A DNA stretch of 64,000 nt from assembly GCF_009914755.1 (NCBI RefSeq), contig NC_060926.1, one strand, 5' to 3'. Shown one piece after another: positions 33,453 through 53,895 of the stretch. A program made the translations under genes and the position numbers. The first letter of the stretch is position 1, and each line of letters starts with the position of its first letter. This stretch comes from the human T2T-CHM13v2.0 reference genome, Homo sapiens. The notes under the pieces were generated by a model. That model was given only the letters and a program-made list of their open reading frames with translations, made no database searches and was not told the origin of the DNA.

Positions 33453-34811
33453 GAGTGGAAGCATTCCCTTTCAATGGGGCAGTTCTCTTTGATGTGTCAC
33501 CATCCCCACCTCGCCCTGTCGCCTCACTCGCAGCCTGTTCCACTCATTTACATCACCCGCCTGACTGCTGTAGGCCACTGAGCTATGATATTCATCAGAC
33601 GCAACTAATTACCCAACTTGTGAGGCCAGCAACCACACACTGGTAAACAGGTTTAGTTGACTTGGTGTGTTCCCAGTGACCTCCTGCTGGTTCCCAGGCC
33701 CAGCACCTGCTTTGCCTCTCCTCACAGATCATGCTGTTAGTAATCTCATCTAGCCTCTTGCCTGGGGTGGACGTCAAGCTCACTACACTGTAAACTCCAA
33801 AACAGCCCACGTTACTCCCGGTGACAATCAGAATTCCCCCTGGCCTGCCCTCAGGTGTCCTGGCTCTCTCCTCTCAGCATCCCCCATGGACTCATGGGCA
33901 CCCCCGGTTGAGCTCGCTCACCCAGAGCTCTCTCTCTTCCCTGGGATGAGGCTTGGTTCTACGGAAGCTGGGGTCGTCACAGCCTGTTTTCTGCCTTGGG
34001 GTTTGGTCCCAGTTCCTCAGAGCAGTGACTTTCAGTTCCTTTGCAGGTGTGACCTGTCTGCTCCTGTTAGAGCCTCCTTTCCCCAGAGGGCAGGGTGGGC
34101 CCCACTGGGGAGCTGGAGGGCTCACTTTTGTCACTGCACTTGCCACCCAGAACACTGTTACTGTCCCTTTCTGGCATTTCTTGGTTTCAGACAATCTCAC
34201 CTACCCCTCAAAGAAGGCGGAAGCTTCCTGTCGTGGTCTGGCCCTTTGCCATCTTTCAGTGTTCCTCACTGAACGGTAATCCCCTCCGTGTGCCCCCAAC
34301 GAGTCATTCACCATCTTGTGCTAACTGCATTTCTTCCTGATCCAAACTTGCTTTCTGGAGATGGGGGCCATGCAGAAGGGAAGGCGGGTGTATCAGGAGG
34401 TCTGGTCTCTGGGGACTGAAGGGATGATTTTGCCAAAAGGGTCAATGTCACTGGACCACATGCCATGGTAAACCTTGGACAACCAGTTCTCCAGGGAAGA
34501 AAACAAGCCCGTGATTTGTAGTGTTTGCCTATTTCTACCGTGGAGACACTCTAACCACAGCTCCCACCAGAGTGGCTGCATTCACAACCAGCTCTTGGGG
34601 TTCCTGGAAAACTGGGATTTGAGCCTGTAGGAGCCAGTGCCAGCACCCCATGGGCATGTGTGTTATCAGCTCACATCTGCCAAGTCCTGGCGAGGTCTGC
34701 CTGCCTCTAGGACTGTAGACGTCTTTATTAGAGACTCCTGTCACACCTGTTAGGAGTCAGACAGATTAATAATCACTTCTTTTTATTTAGAGCTCTTTTA
34801 ATCCCCAAACT

Positions 34812-35129
34812 CTTATTTATAAGTTATTTTATAAATTAATAATGATATATCATATATTATATTATAATTAATAATGACATATATGTCATATAACATTATT
34901 AAAATCAATTAATTATTAAATAATTATAATATATAATTATATATTATATTATTATTAAATATATAACATATAATAGATATTATATATTACATATTATATA
35001 AGTAGTAATTGCATATTATATAAATAATATATATTATATATAATATAAATATATTTATTTATTATAAATTATATTTATTTATATTATATTTATAATTACA
35101 TTATATTATATTAACTTATTTATAAGTTA
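34812..35129. repeat. AT-rich low-complexity tract
   Basis: Almost pure A/T, (TATTA/TATA)-like. Confidence 0.9.
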
Positions 35130-35499
35130 ATTCAGTTTTACCTCTTCCTTGTGATCAGGTTTGGGAAGGATGTTTTTTCTACCTGCCTGGTCTGCTTCCT
35201 TGACTGTGTGATCAGGGTCAAACTGCCCATTCTTCTGAGCTTCAGTTTATTTATCTGAGAAATGGGAGTTGCTGGTCCATTAGCACAGTTAGCAGAGCAG
35301 GTGCTGCATGATGACCGTGGCTCTCACTGACTGGGAGCCACGCCCCGGGCTCTGTTAGTTCGTTAAACCACTTGGGCAAGTAGGTCTTGAAATCTTCATT
35401 CACGGCCAAGGAAACTGGTTTGGTCTCAGAGAGTTAGATACTGTACTCTAGATCGCACAACCAGTTGGTCGTGGAGCTAAGATTGACATTCGTAGCTGA

Positions 35500-35745
35500 C
35501 ATGGTGTTTTAAAACTTAGTCACAAACATTAAAAAATCGGAGATTTCATCTAGGAATCTGGACTTTTACCTTCTGAAAAATTTAAAATTCTAGCACCCAA
35601 GGCCTGTGTTACCCCATGATGCTGTAACTGGAGCTAACTGGAAGCTGCTGCCTTTGAAGGGGTGTTTCCCCCATGGGCCCCAGTCCCCGCCTCTCCCTAG
35701 TGTCCCACACCTCGCCTGCTTCACTCACACCAAGTTTCACATTTC
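35500..35745. mobile_element. MER103-like hAT fragment flanked by MIRs
   Basis: aaaaatcggagatttcatctaggaatctggactttt...gaaaaatttaaaattctagcaccc is similar to 33000-33070. Confidence 0.55.
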
Positions 35746-35891
35746 GTGATTTTCCCCATGGGCCAGAATGAGAGGAAGAAACTGAGGCACAGAATGTTTT
35801 GGCAATTAATTCAGCTCAAATCAGAGAAGCCACAGCAGAGCTAAGAACCGGTCTTTCATAGTCAGGCTATGTGATCAAAACCACAGCGCCT

Positions 35892-36326
<435 letters not shown>

Positions 36327-36765
36327 TTACAAAACACTATTGTTGTCTTGGGTGCATGCATTTTAAATTGACTGAAGTCATATCATAGCTTTCATTCTGT
36401 GTTCCCCCTTTTCACCAAAGGATCTTCCATGCTGCTGCGTGCACAGCAAGCTCTTGCTTCTGGCTGCTGCAAAACACCCCATGTATGCCTTGACCACACT
36501 ACTTGTCCACTGTCCCAGTGATGGGCATCCAGGTTCCCTGCAAATCTCTGCTGCACAAAGAATGACAACCCATATAGGTGGGTTGTCAAAGTGAGCCCTG
36601 GGGTATATGCCCAGGAGTGAAGTTGCTGGGTCATAGCATATGCTCATATTTAATTTGCCTAAATTGTACCTGATTATTCTCCACAATGGCTGTCCTGGTC
36701 TATGTTCCTGGGTTTCTCTATCCAGCACAGATGTTGAGAGAGACGGGAGGGCTTTGCACCAGTAA

Positions 36766-37621
<856 letters not shown>

Positions 37622-38109
37622 TAAGTGAAGCTGTTTGAGTACTCAAAAAATATTCATCCTTTTCTTCATTCATTTCCAACACTGAGGTAAATGCACAATG
37701 CATTTCATCTTCAATGCTGAGGCTTCTTTGCATGCTCGGTCACACTTAGGGCACCCTGGTATCCCCTCTAGCTGGTTCAGGGACTCACGGGACAGAGGCC
37801 CTGCTAAAGAGCAGGATTTGGGACTGATCAGGGCAAACAGAAGGTGAGGTCGGAAGTGTGCTGAAGCCATGGGGGGTAGGCTCAGGGAGGGATGGTCGTG
37901 GTCCTCATGGGCCATGGTTGGGGAGGAAGAGGAAGAGGAAGCTAAGGTTTTCATGTCTGATCAGCTCTTCTATAAAGTTGGGGGGTCCAAATTCTTTCCC
38001 AGTGCTGAGAGGCTTGAGTTGAGGACTTGACGGTGAATCGTTTGGTCAGCTGTTGAGGACAGGCTTGAGATGGACAAGTGCAAGGATTGATTTTGAGAGC
38101 TGACCGCCA

Positions 38110-38490
38110 TAGGTCAGGTTCTTCCAGAAGCAGATCCTAGGCCTTGGTACCAGTAATTCATGAAAGAAGGGCTCCCAGGAGAAACCAGTAAGGGAGTGGG
38201 GGACAAAGGACAGGGAAGAGGGGGAAACCAGGTGTGGTTTCAGGTGAAGTCTCACCTCTGGCCTGATCTCACAGGAGCTGTGGAGTATAAATTGCACCTC
38301 CAAATTTGTCCCACAGGGAGGCAAGAAACTGGGCTTTTGCACATGTACTCCAGGCCCCCATTGGCTGTCTTGGGTAGGGATAGGGAATGTGGACCTCCCG
38401 GGTTTCTCCTGGATTTCCCCATAGGTGAGGTGGTTCCAGTGCCCAAGGGCAGTCGTCTGAGGCACCAGGCTTAGGTCTTTGGCAGCAAAG
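38110..38490 (-). mobile_element. ERVL LTR16-like element, with a second related copy at about 40460-40789
   Basis: ggttcttccagaagcagatcct...ccaggagaaaccagtaagggagtggg resembles the recalled LTR16 family. Confidence 0.5.
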
Positions 38491-39451
38491 CAACAGAGCC
38501 CCCAGAAGTGGGGATGGGAGCAGGGGGGCGGTCAGTGGGTCCCAGGGAACTGGGTAGGACAGCAGCTGCGCTCTCTGTAAGAACCTGGCTATGGTTGGAA
38601 ACCGTCATTTCTATCTACACCTGTGCTTTGCCAGTGCCGCTCCCTTCGCCCGCCAGGGTGCTCCCTGTCTCTTTGCCCCACCACCTCCTATTCACCTGAA
38701 GTAGGAGCATCTCAGCTGCAGAGTAGCTTCTTTGGTGAATCCTTCCCTGATCCACCAGGCTGAGTCTCCCGGAGCACCCTCCCAAGCTACTGTCCTCTCT
38801 TCACAAGCCTCTGCACCTGGTCATATTTTCTTAGTTGTTTATGGTTCTGTGTCTTGCTCCTTTGCTGGACTGTGGGCAGGGCCTGGGTCTGTGTTGGTCC
38901 CTGATGCCGGGGGCTGAGCCGGGGGGAAGAGAGCCAGAGGGGAAGGGAAGGGTAAGAGGGTAGTGACCGCAAGCGGGCCGCCTGCTGGCTGCTGCACCAC
39001 CAGCTCTGCTTTCCTTCAGCCCTGCCCAGGGCAGCAGGTGATCGTGGGGCGGATCTTGACGAGTAGCTTCGAGGACAGGGGCCACAGGAGGACAGGCTGC
39101 CAGCAAGTGGAGGGTGCCAGGGAGAGAGTGGCTCTGGGGGGCCACAGTGGGGTTCTGGCTTGTTGGAGAGATGGTGGGGTCCAAAGAGGCCCGAAGGCCT
39201 GCACAGGGGATGAGATGAAGGGACAGTGGCCACTGGGAGGTCAGAGAGCAGTCGCTATGGGAATGAGCATGTGGAACTTGACGATTTGTCCCTATTGGCA
39301 GATACTGATGATAAAACAAGTTGTGTGACATTGGACAAGTTGCCTTATCTCTCGCAGCCTCAGCTTCCCCATGGGTTAATGAAGATAAGTATGTCATGAA
39401 GTTTCAATAAGAGGAAGACCCCGGGGGAAAGTTTATTTTTCCCACCACACT

Positions 39452-39880
39452 TGTATCTGTCAGTGTTTGCTGCATAACAAACAGCCTCAAATCTCAATAC
39501 TTAATGACAGCAAACATTGACTTTCCACTCCTGGGTCTGCAGGTCTGCTGTGGTTGGCTAATCTAGTTGGGCTGTCTTGGACTCAGCTGAACCAGGCTGG
39601 ACTCCAGGTTTCTAATCATGTCCAGGTCTGTGCCTAACATCCTCATTCCTGGGCCAGGCTGAAGGGCTGGAGTTTTCCTGGCCATCCTTTCTTATGGCAG
39701 ATTGCAGGGGCCCAGGAGGGCGAGTAGAAACTCAATGTGCCCTTAAAGCCCTCAGCTCAGAACTGGTGCTTTTGCCCACATTGCACTGGCTTGGCCAGAG
39801 TCATGTGGCCAAGCCCAACATCAGTGGGGCAGAGACACAGATTCATCACGCTCTAGTGCAAGGTGCTACAAGGACGTGGC
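39452..39880 (-). mobile_element. Old MLT1 (G-K-like) LTR
   Basis: ttgctgcataacaaacagcctcaaatctca...ttggccagagtcatgtggccaagcccaacatcagtgggg. Confidence 0.7.
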
Positions 39881-42859
39881 TGCAAAGCCCTGCAGCAGGG
39901 AAGGGCCCTTCTGCCACAGCACCCCTCCTCCTCCTCTGGGCTTCTCCAGTGCACCTAAGCTCTTGGAGAAAGTGCAGAAACCTTTCCCATAGTGAACTGA
40001 AAAGCTCACTGTGATGCCAGGTATGAGGCACAGTTTCTAGCTGTCAGCTGTGACTCTAGTGATCAAGGACGCATCCTGTCCTGGATTCTTAATTGTGGAC
40101 CTGAGTTTCCCAGATGAGGGTTCCACCATCCAAATACCCAGAGCACCTGCTGATGGAGAGCATTGTCATCCTTGTCCCCTTGCTCTGATCCTGGTGACAT
40201 TAACAGAGACTTCAGAGCTGTCATTTCAGTATCAGCCAAAGCTGTCAATTTTCCAGCCCTCCATCCTGAGCTCCTTTGATGTGAGGGGTTCAAAGCACTT
40301 TCTAAGCTGCTTGAATCTTCAAGGAAAGCATGGGCCTGACTCCCATGGCACAGATACTAGGGAGTGAATGGCAGAGATTTGGGGACCTGATGATCTCAAC
40401 ATCCCAGTGGGAATCCCAGCTCATGGGGGATAAGGCCTAAGTGGATGCCCATGTCTGAGAGTTGACCTGGCATGAGGGTTTCCCCAGCAGAGGGTGCGGT
40501 AGGCAGGGCTGCTGGTGGGTAGGCAGGGGGTAGGCAGGGACCCAGCCTGGGGAGGATGGCCTGATTCCACAAGGAGCTGTGGAGTGTAAATTACACCTCC
40601 AAGTTTGTCCTGCAGGGAGGCAAGAAACTGGGCTTTTACATGTGTACTCCAGGCCCCCATTGGCTATCTTGGGTGGGCACAGGGAATGTAGACCTCCCAG
40701 GTTTCTCCTAGATCTCCCCATGGGCAAGGTGGCTCCAGTGCTCAAAGGCAGTTGTCTGAGGCAACAGGCTCAGGTCTTTCACAGCAAAGAGGGTGTTGGC
40801 TATGAACTCAGAGAAAGGGGTGATTTAGAAGGGAGTGCAGAGACTGCTGGGGAGTGGGGCAAAGCCCATGCCAGGTGATTCTGGGAAGTCTGCCCAAAAC
40901 AAGGCGAGAGGAATGTCGAAGAACCTAGCTTCAGGAAGTTGGGGCTGGTTGGAATGAAGTAGTTGGGAGAAGATAGAACCCAGCTCCACTAGTGCCAGGG
41001 CCCCCCAGCCCTGGACAGCAAGGGCCTGGGGGAGGGGTTACAACCTGGTGCTTGCCGGGGAGCTGGGAAGAACCGGGTGTCTGGGGTGGGAGTCATGATG
41101 TCCCTGCTGGCCCCAGCTGGCGGGTGGTTGGAGACAGGGTGGGTGCTTGGGCTCAGTCTTCGCTTTCCTTCCCTTAAGCTTGGGCCTCTTCCCCAGCGCT
41201 GCCACGGCACTCCCTTCTGCACACTGAGATTCTGACCGAGACTGGCATTGGCTTTTACCCTTTTCAAGTCTCCAGACATGTGGTTTGGGACCATGCCTGG
41301 GAGAGGCCAGTGGCGGCTGGACCTTGCCCAGAGATAGCCAGTGCCAGTTTCCCCCCTCCCACCTCTCAGTCCACCATAGCCCCAGGGGGCGGACCTCCTG
41401 TCCTCCAGGAGGTAGACGCCCCAAATGCCAGGTTTCACACCACCCTACCCACCCACTGAGCCCGAGTGGCTTGCGTCTGCCACAGCGTCTCTGACTGCCT
41501 TCTCTGCCCTGGGCTGGCAGCCCCCTGGCTCTGTGCCTGTCCTCCTCCGGGATCTCACTATCATCCAGCTAGAGAGTCCGGGGATCCCCCACCCACCACC
41601 TCCAACCCCTTTCTCATCTCTCTCATCTGGAAATGTCCCCTGGGATGCTGCTCTTCTGACAGCATCTCTGACCGCTCAGGCAAGCTGCTCAACCTCTCTA
41701 AGACTCAGTTTCCCCATCTGTAAGCTGAAGATATCAAACCCACCTGCACTATTAGATAAAATATAAATTGCATCACATATGTGGGCGCATCTGGCCCACT
41801 TTCTTCCACATCTGATGATCAGTCAACATCCATTCTTTCTTTTTTATTTAAACGAGATGAGGTCTTGCGATGTTGCCTCCTTTCTCTCCCCCCAAGTGCA
41901 GGTCAGAGCCTTCCAAGCCCCAGGAACCCACAAAATCAGGCCATCTTTGTGAGATGTGCCAGCTCAAATTCCCTGCAGCCTGACTACCAGAAATTTGCCC
42001 CCTTGAAAGTTCCCACAAGTATTTCTGAGATGCCCTCAAAGAGCCCCTCCCTGCTCCCTCCCAGGGCAGCACGGGGCACCGTTCCTTCCTCCTTTGCCAG
42101 GTCCTAATGTGCAGGTGTCTGACAGGCACTTACCCCGGTACCGCAAGAACACCAGGGTCACTGTCCCAGCCTAGGGCTCTGTGCCAGGCACTAAAGCTAC
42201 CCATCCACAGTCTTGCAGCTTCTGCATGGCAGAGAGGGGACAACCCCCTGCCCAGTGCTAGGCTTTGGTTTGTACCCAGAGACCCACAAAAGAGTGCACA
42301 CCATCAGTCTCTGTCTGATGCTCAGTCATTCCAGAAGCTAAATCAAGCCATGGGTTGTGGCAGAAAAACAGAAGCTATGTCCTATCTACTCCCATTCCTC
42401 TGCCCAGCCAGAGTACCTCCCTCTCCTGGTCACAAAATGAGACCTGCCTTGCTCTTCTGTGGATGGAAACTTGCAGGAGCCTAGCTTTGCCATGCCAATG
42501 CACAGTGCCCATCCACCTCCATCCTGCAGCCCCAGCTGAGACACTTGTGCTGCTGAAGAGAATGCAGCCCCTCCCCTCTGGCCAGTCCCACAGCACACGC
42601 TTCAGCTGAGACAGCCAAGAAGAGCAAGGGGACTGCCTGCACTCACCACAGTGCTTGTCCTGGGCTGCTGCAGTCACCTCACCCTCGTCTATGCGCGTTG
42701 CTGTGTGACTCTGGTTCTCTGTAATTGACCTTTTTATTATTGGCGTGGGCATTGTTGCAACTATTTGGGCATCGTAGGTGTTTCCATGGTATTTGTAGCT
42801 TTTGTACAGAAACCTTCAGAAGTATATAGACTGGGAATGTTTTTGTATGATAAAAATAG

Positions 42860-46400
<3,541 letters not shown>

Positions 46401-47223
46401 CCTGGCTCCTGCTTCTTCCCCATGTATTATCCCCAAGAAGGGTAATCCCCTTCTTGGATTACATGCTTATTCCCCTGTGTATACCCTGCTTCTGGCTCTG
46501 CTGCTCCCCTGACATCACCACCTCCTTGGTTCTGGCTGTGCAGACTTCTAAGGCCCTCGTCATGTCCTTATCCCAGCTGCTCCCTCGTCCCCACTGGCTC
46601 TGCAGCCTCCTGCAACCTGACCACCTCCCTGGCCCCAGGTCCAAGGTCTGCTGGCCCTGGACACTTCAAAGGAAGGGAAAGGAAAGGAACCAATAAAATG
46701 TTTTTAAAAAAAGAGAAGGGAGGGAAGAGGAAGAGCTGATTGTTTTGTTTTTGTTTTGTTTGTATTTTTTTTTTCTATTAACAAAAGCCACATTCAATTA
46801 TTGTTCTTTTTAAGAACAAACATTTTGGAGTCCATTCAAAGCCATGTGGCTGAAGAGAGATTCCTGGGACTGAAGGAGGCCTCAAAAGCTCTTCCCAAAT
46901 CTGTCCCCCAGCCCCACCACACTGCCCACCTTTCCTATCTCATTAAATATCACCAACATCAACCAAGTTACTGCAGCCAGAGATCTAGGGCCACTCTCGC
47001 TGGCTCTCGCTTGTCGACCGTGCCCTGTTCGATGGGCTAATCTGGTTCCAGCTCCATCCTTGCCTCTCTCCTGCTGCTGCATCTCCCTAATTCAAGCACT
47101 AGAGTGGGGTTGCTTGGACGCCCAGCGTCCACACCGTAGCCGAGGTGATAGTTCTAAAATGTAAATCTGATCACATCACACACACACCAGCTTTTAATTG
47201 CCTTTAGTGCCTCCAAACCACTC

Positions 47224-47524
<301 letters not shown>

Positions 47525-47902
47525 AGCTCCAAACCACTCTTAAGACAAAACTCAAATTCTGCCAGGCCCCAAGGGCCCAAGACACCCATGCTCTGACCTT
47601 TCTTTCTCCCCCACTTCTTCACCCACGTGGGGCCCTATGATTCTTAAATTTGGGGGAGAGGAGGTGGTTAAAGGTTGAGACCATCCTGAGGGCAGGAGAG
47701 AAGTACAGGAAAGCATTTCAGGGGTTGCAGAGCGGGGAGAGGCCAGGCCGGGAGGAGGTGGCCCCCATCCCTAGTAAGAGCTGGACAGGAGGCTGCTTCC
47801 AGCCTTTCCCTCAGATGAGCTGGCTCAGAGCAGGGCAAACGCGGCAGGAGGTCTCCTTCCAGAACTCAAAGGCTCGGCCTGCACCGTCAGACTCCACACT
47901 GA

Positions 47903-48517
<615 letters not shown>

Positions 48518-49519
48518 TAAAATCTCCACAATCATTCTATATGCTCTTCCATTTAAAACGAAGCCTGGAAGAGCCTTGTGGGGGGTTCCTAGCACCCCGG
48601 GGCTCCTGCTCTGCCTGCATGGCCTTCCTCTGTGCCTAGTCCTGTTTCACGCCTCATTTAGAGACAGCAAACAGTGCTAAAGTTAAAATTACCCACTGGG
48701 AAACTTGAGCCTGTGCAATGACTTTCCTGGATGGTGTGACTTTCCTGGATGGTGTTGGAAAGTCAGAGCCCAGGAACTGTTTCTGGAAATGCAGCACTTC
48801 TCAGCATGTGCAGCCCTGAGCCTCCAGCAGTCTGGACAACGGCTGTTCTTTGTTTTAAAGACCCGGGTGCCCTTCTCGTCCTGAACCCCAGGGCCACAGG
48901 CAGCCCCTCTCCCCTTGCCCTGTACCTTCCCCAGGAGTATTGCTACCTGAGTGAGCTCAGGTGCCAAGCCGTCAGACAAAGGTGCCTCTCCCTGCAAGTC
49001 CCAGCTTGGCAATCCACGTCTCTGGTTCCCTCAACACCTTTCTTCAATGGAGAGGTCCATTTTCTGCAATGCACATGCCCCTCAACACAGTGGTGGGGGC
49101 TGCCATTATGTCATTATGTTTGCAACCAAACTTCTCTGCAAGGAGACTTGGGGGACTACGAGGCTGAGCCAAGCAGGGTTCCTTTCCTTCAACCACTTAT
49201 GAGCTTGTGGGGAAGGCAGGCACAGCAACTATGACATGACGCAGAGTGAGCTGCTGATTCTAAGCTGGGCTTGGTGGGGAGCTGTCTGCAGAGACTCTGT
49301 AAAAATGATCCTGCTGGAAGTCACCCAGAACTTTCCACAGACCTAGAAATTATAATGGGAGGCAAGAGAAGAGTATTTTGTTTCACAATCTGAACTAACT
49401 CCTACCATGTTTTGTTTGTTTGTTTTTTCTGCTTGACTCTTGGCTGTGAGCACAAATTCATGCCCATTCTGCTGATCCTAAAAGCTCTGAAGGGAGGGCT
49501 ACTCTGAGCCTGAGATGTC

Positions 49520-50217
<698 letters not shown>

Positions 50218-52332
50218 AAGATGTCATAATTTAACAAGTCTACTTAAATAAGGCAATGCTGCTCTTGGTTTTGTTCAAAATCAGGCTTCCTGTGTTGTGC
50301 TCTAGTTACCTACCTGCTAACGGGCGGAGGCGTTCACTCCAGGGAAAAGGGAGAGTTGCCACGGCAGAAATCCACGTGTCCGAGGGCATCACTTGGGGGC
50401 CGCCGGTAACCATTGCGGGGATCATGTCCCGGCTGACTTGGGCCTTCATGGTTTCCTTCTCTGTTTCAAAATGACTTAACAACTCTTTTCAGGAAGGCGG
50501 CTGCTGTGGAATGGGGAACGAAGTCTGGCAGCCTGGGCCATTAGGAACCAAGGGCAGTCCCCTCCTTGGTCAGAAGTGTGGCTGGTGCTAACCTCCCGAT
50601 TCGAACCTGGACGCTTCATGGGGGGACGCAGGCATTTGTTTTCCCTCTGTCTCCTTGGGCGCCTTTTCACCATGGCCTTCACGTGCTGAGCATCTTCCAT
50701 TTGCTCCCCAGTTCATTCGCTTCCCTGCCCCCTGCTTTCTCATTGGGTTTGGCCAATGGGAGCCGCAGCCAGATGAGAGGAAAGTTTTTTGGCGGGGGAG
50801 GGGATCTACTGCCCTGCCCGCATCCTGTAAGGTCTCCATGGTAGCTCCACGGGAGGCCACAGCGCCTGCTGGGCGGCCCCCTCTGGGTTCCAGCACCTGC
50901 TTCTTGCCTGTGATCTTCCCAGGGTGGTAACTACTATGAGTTCGGGGGGGCTGTACTGCCTGTTATTGGTATCCCTATGCCCTGTCCCTACATGTTCTCC
51001 CCAAGTTCCCCCGTTTAATGAGACATCTGCCTCCTGCCGGGACTCTGGATCGTGCACATGAAAAACGCACATGACACCTTGTTCACATTTTGCCTTTTAC
51101 AGTTGCTGAAAAGGCACCACCTTTAGCAACGTGCTGGGGGATGTGAGTGAGGGCAGCTCCCCTGCTTGCCACTGTTTCTCTGCATCCCCAGTCCCAGATG
51201 CATGGAAGACCCTCCCTGACCATCCCTCCTCCTGGCTCCAACTCTTGTCTGTCATCCTGACCCAAGGCGGCAAATCCATGGAACCACTAAATGCTGCTCC
51301 AATTGCCAGGCCCTGCTGCACAGTCTGGGGATGGCACAGCCATGAGCAGACCTGTCCTGACTGTGGGCACACAGCTGGGTGGATATGGACCTGGCCTGCT
51401 GTGGGTGGGAACCCCCAGGCCTGTCCCAGCAGGACCCACCTACTCCTGCTGGCCTGTGGATGTCAATACACTGTCCACCTGGAAGCCCCTCCTGGCTTTG
51501 ACTGGGTGGGGATTGTTAGGTCACACCCAGGCACGGTTGCCCTTCAAACAGACTCCTCCCCCTACCGGCCACTCTGCCCTGTCCCCTCGGCCATCGTACC
51601 CTGATGCAGGACCTTTCTGGGCCCAGGTTCAGAATGCAACACCATGTGTGGGCTGCTCCTCTCTGCACTGCACACACTGAGGCCAGACCATGCTCCTCAC
51701 CACCCACCCGTCTAGACCACGCTCCCCACCCCTCCGCTGTCTGGGCCGGCTCTGTAGCTTCTATGATCCCCTTCTTGGGCTCTGACTCTTTCTCTTCCTG
51801 TTCTAGAATGTGCTTTGAACGTAAGTTCTCTGTTTTCCTTGTCAAAGCTTAGGGCCAAGAGCAAAGCCTTATGAAGACACCTTCCTGGACATTTTCTCCG
51901 GGGACACCTGCCTTTGCCTGGTTGGTGCCCCGCCTTTGCCATCTCCTGTCTGCACTGCCTGCAGGCACAGGGTGCTTCCTGCGGGCCCACTGCACACAGC
52001 AGGTTTTCCCTCAGGTGGGGTCTGTCCCTGTGGATCTGCTTCCTGTAGACCTGCTGTGTTCTTCCTGGGTGCTTTCCCCTCGGAGGGGGAGAGGTGGAGG
52101 AAGGCTCCCTCCTCAGCACACTTGTCAGCGGCCATTATCAGCTTGCCACCTGTCTGCCATCCATGAGGCTTGGCTTCTACCCTGCATTCTCTCCCTTCCT
52201 GGGAACCCGGGCAGCCGGCAGCCTTGGTTTGCCAGACCCTGGCTCCCTGGCCTCTGGGAGCGGGCCAGGCACACGCGGTGGCCTCACCGGGTCCACAGGG
52301 ACTCCTTTAAATTGCTCTGTTCCTAGTACACA

Positions 52333-52830
52333 GCATATGTCATCAAGTCTAAGATGTTTACCTTTCAGATTTCACATCTCTGGAGTCACATAAGTCTATA
52401 ATCAATGTGTAACATAGTCTGTGGTTCAGCTTCTTAGCAGTGCATAAAATAACGTGTCTTACTTGGTTTTAGCATTGGTGCGTCTTAAATTCCCAAATCT
52501 CACATGCTCACTCAAACACGCGTTCTTCAGATACCCTCCAGCCGAGAATCCTTTTCTGGATTCACACATGAGGCGTTCAACTTCAGCTTTCTTTGGTATT
52601 TTCATATTCCTTTTCCATGCTCTTAATGGCTTGTCATCTATTAGCTGTACATTTTTTGACAGTCTGACACTTTTCACGACTGCTTTAACTGAATTGAGTT
52701 CATAGATCTTGTATCATGTCAAATTATTTTTGTTATTCTGCTCACTTTGGTTTTTGAACCTACTCATGTTACTTTTTAGAGGCCTGGCTGCTGCTGCTCA
52801 GATATTTCTGGTTCAATAATGTTTGAAAGA
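52333..52830. mobile_element. Tigger/pogo-type DNA transposon remnant (Tigger13-like)
   Basis: AT-rich island starting catatgtcatcaagtctaagatg...catctctgga, resembling the recalled terminus CGTATTTCATCGATTCTAAGACG...CATCTCTGAA. Right boundary uncertain. Confidence 0.45.
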
Positions 52831-53495
52831 GATTGCTTAACACGGGGCTTTGTGAAAACAAGTGAATTTATTGAAAAGAATTTAGAACACCCTTTTGCTT
52901 AACTCTCTATAAATTTACTAAGACACACACACACACACACATACCCCCAGGCATAGACTTACATATGTGTGCAATGCACACAAAAAAACACACTTGGAAA
53001 GAGAAAGACAGAGACAGAGCCAGAGCCCAGATGGACAGCCCTGAATCACAGGTCACTGAAAGAGGCGTATGTGTCCTCACTAGGACTTGGAGTTAGCCAC
53101 CCAGGCACAAGGGCTCGGGAACAGGTCTGAGTCCTAACCCTGCTCCCTGATGTCTGAATCTGTCCCAGTCTGGGTCATCCTGCCTCATCTCTCCTGATTC
53201 CACTTACCTGTAATCCCGAAGACCTTCAGGCACCCTCCCACCTGCCCACGTCAATCCCAATCCCAGTAGATATCTGACTTGGAGGCGGAAAGGCCAACGC
53301 TTGGCCCAGCCACGCTCAGGCCAGATGCCACCTGCTCACCAACCAGGGTGGGCTTTTCAACCTCCATTCTACTTGCCTGTGGGTCTTGTTTCCTACAGGC
53401 GATGGGTCCCATTCCCTCCAGAAAGAAGGTAGCTGGCAGCCCCCAGAGGAGCAGTGAGATCCTTGACTTCTAACTCCAAGGATGGCGCCTTCTCA

Positions 53496-53895
<400 letters not shown>

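Noticed and set aside
32900-35745. Similarity between about 33000-33070 and 35530-35600 as a local duplication
   Set aside because: Low identity, consistent with two independent MER103-like copies.
52459-52677. 72-aa basic minus-strand ORF in an AT-rich island (possible pseudogene)
   Set aside because: No recognisable protein match, poly-A or TSD. Better explained as a Tigger-like remnant.
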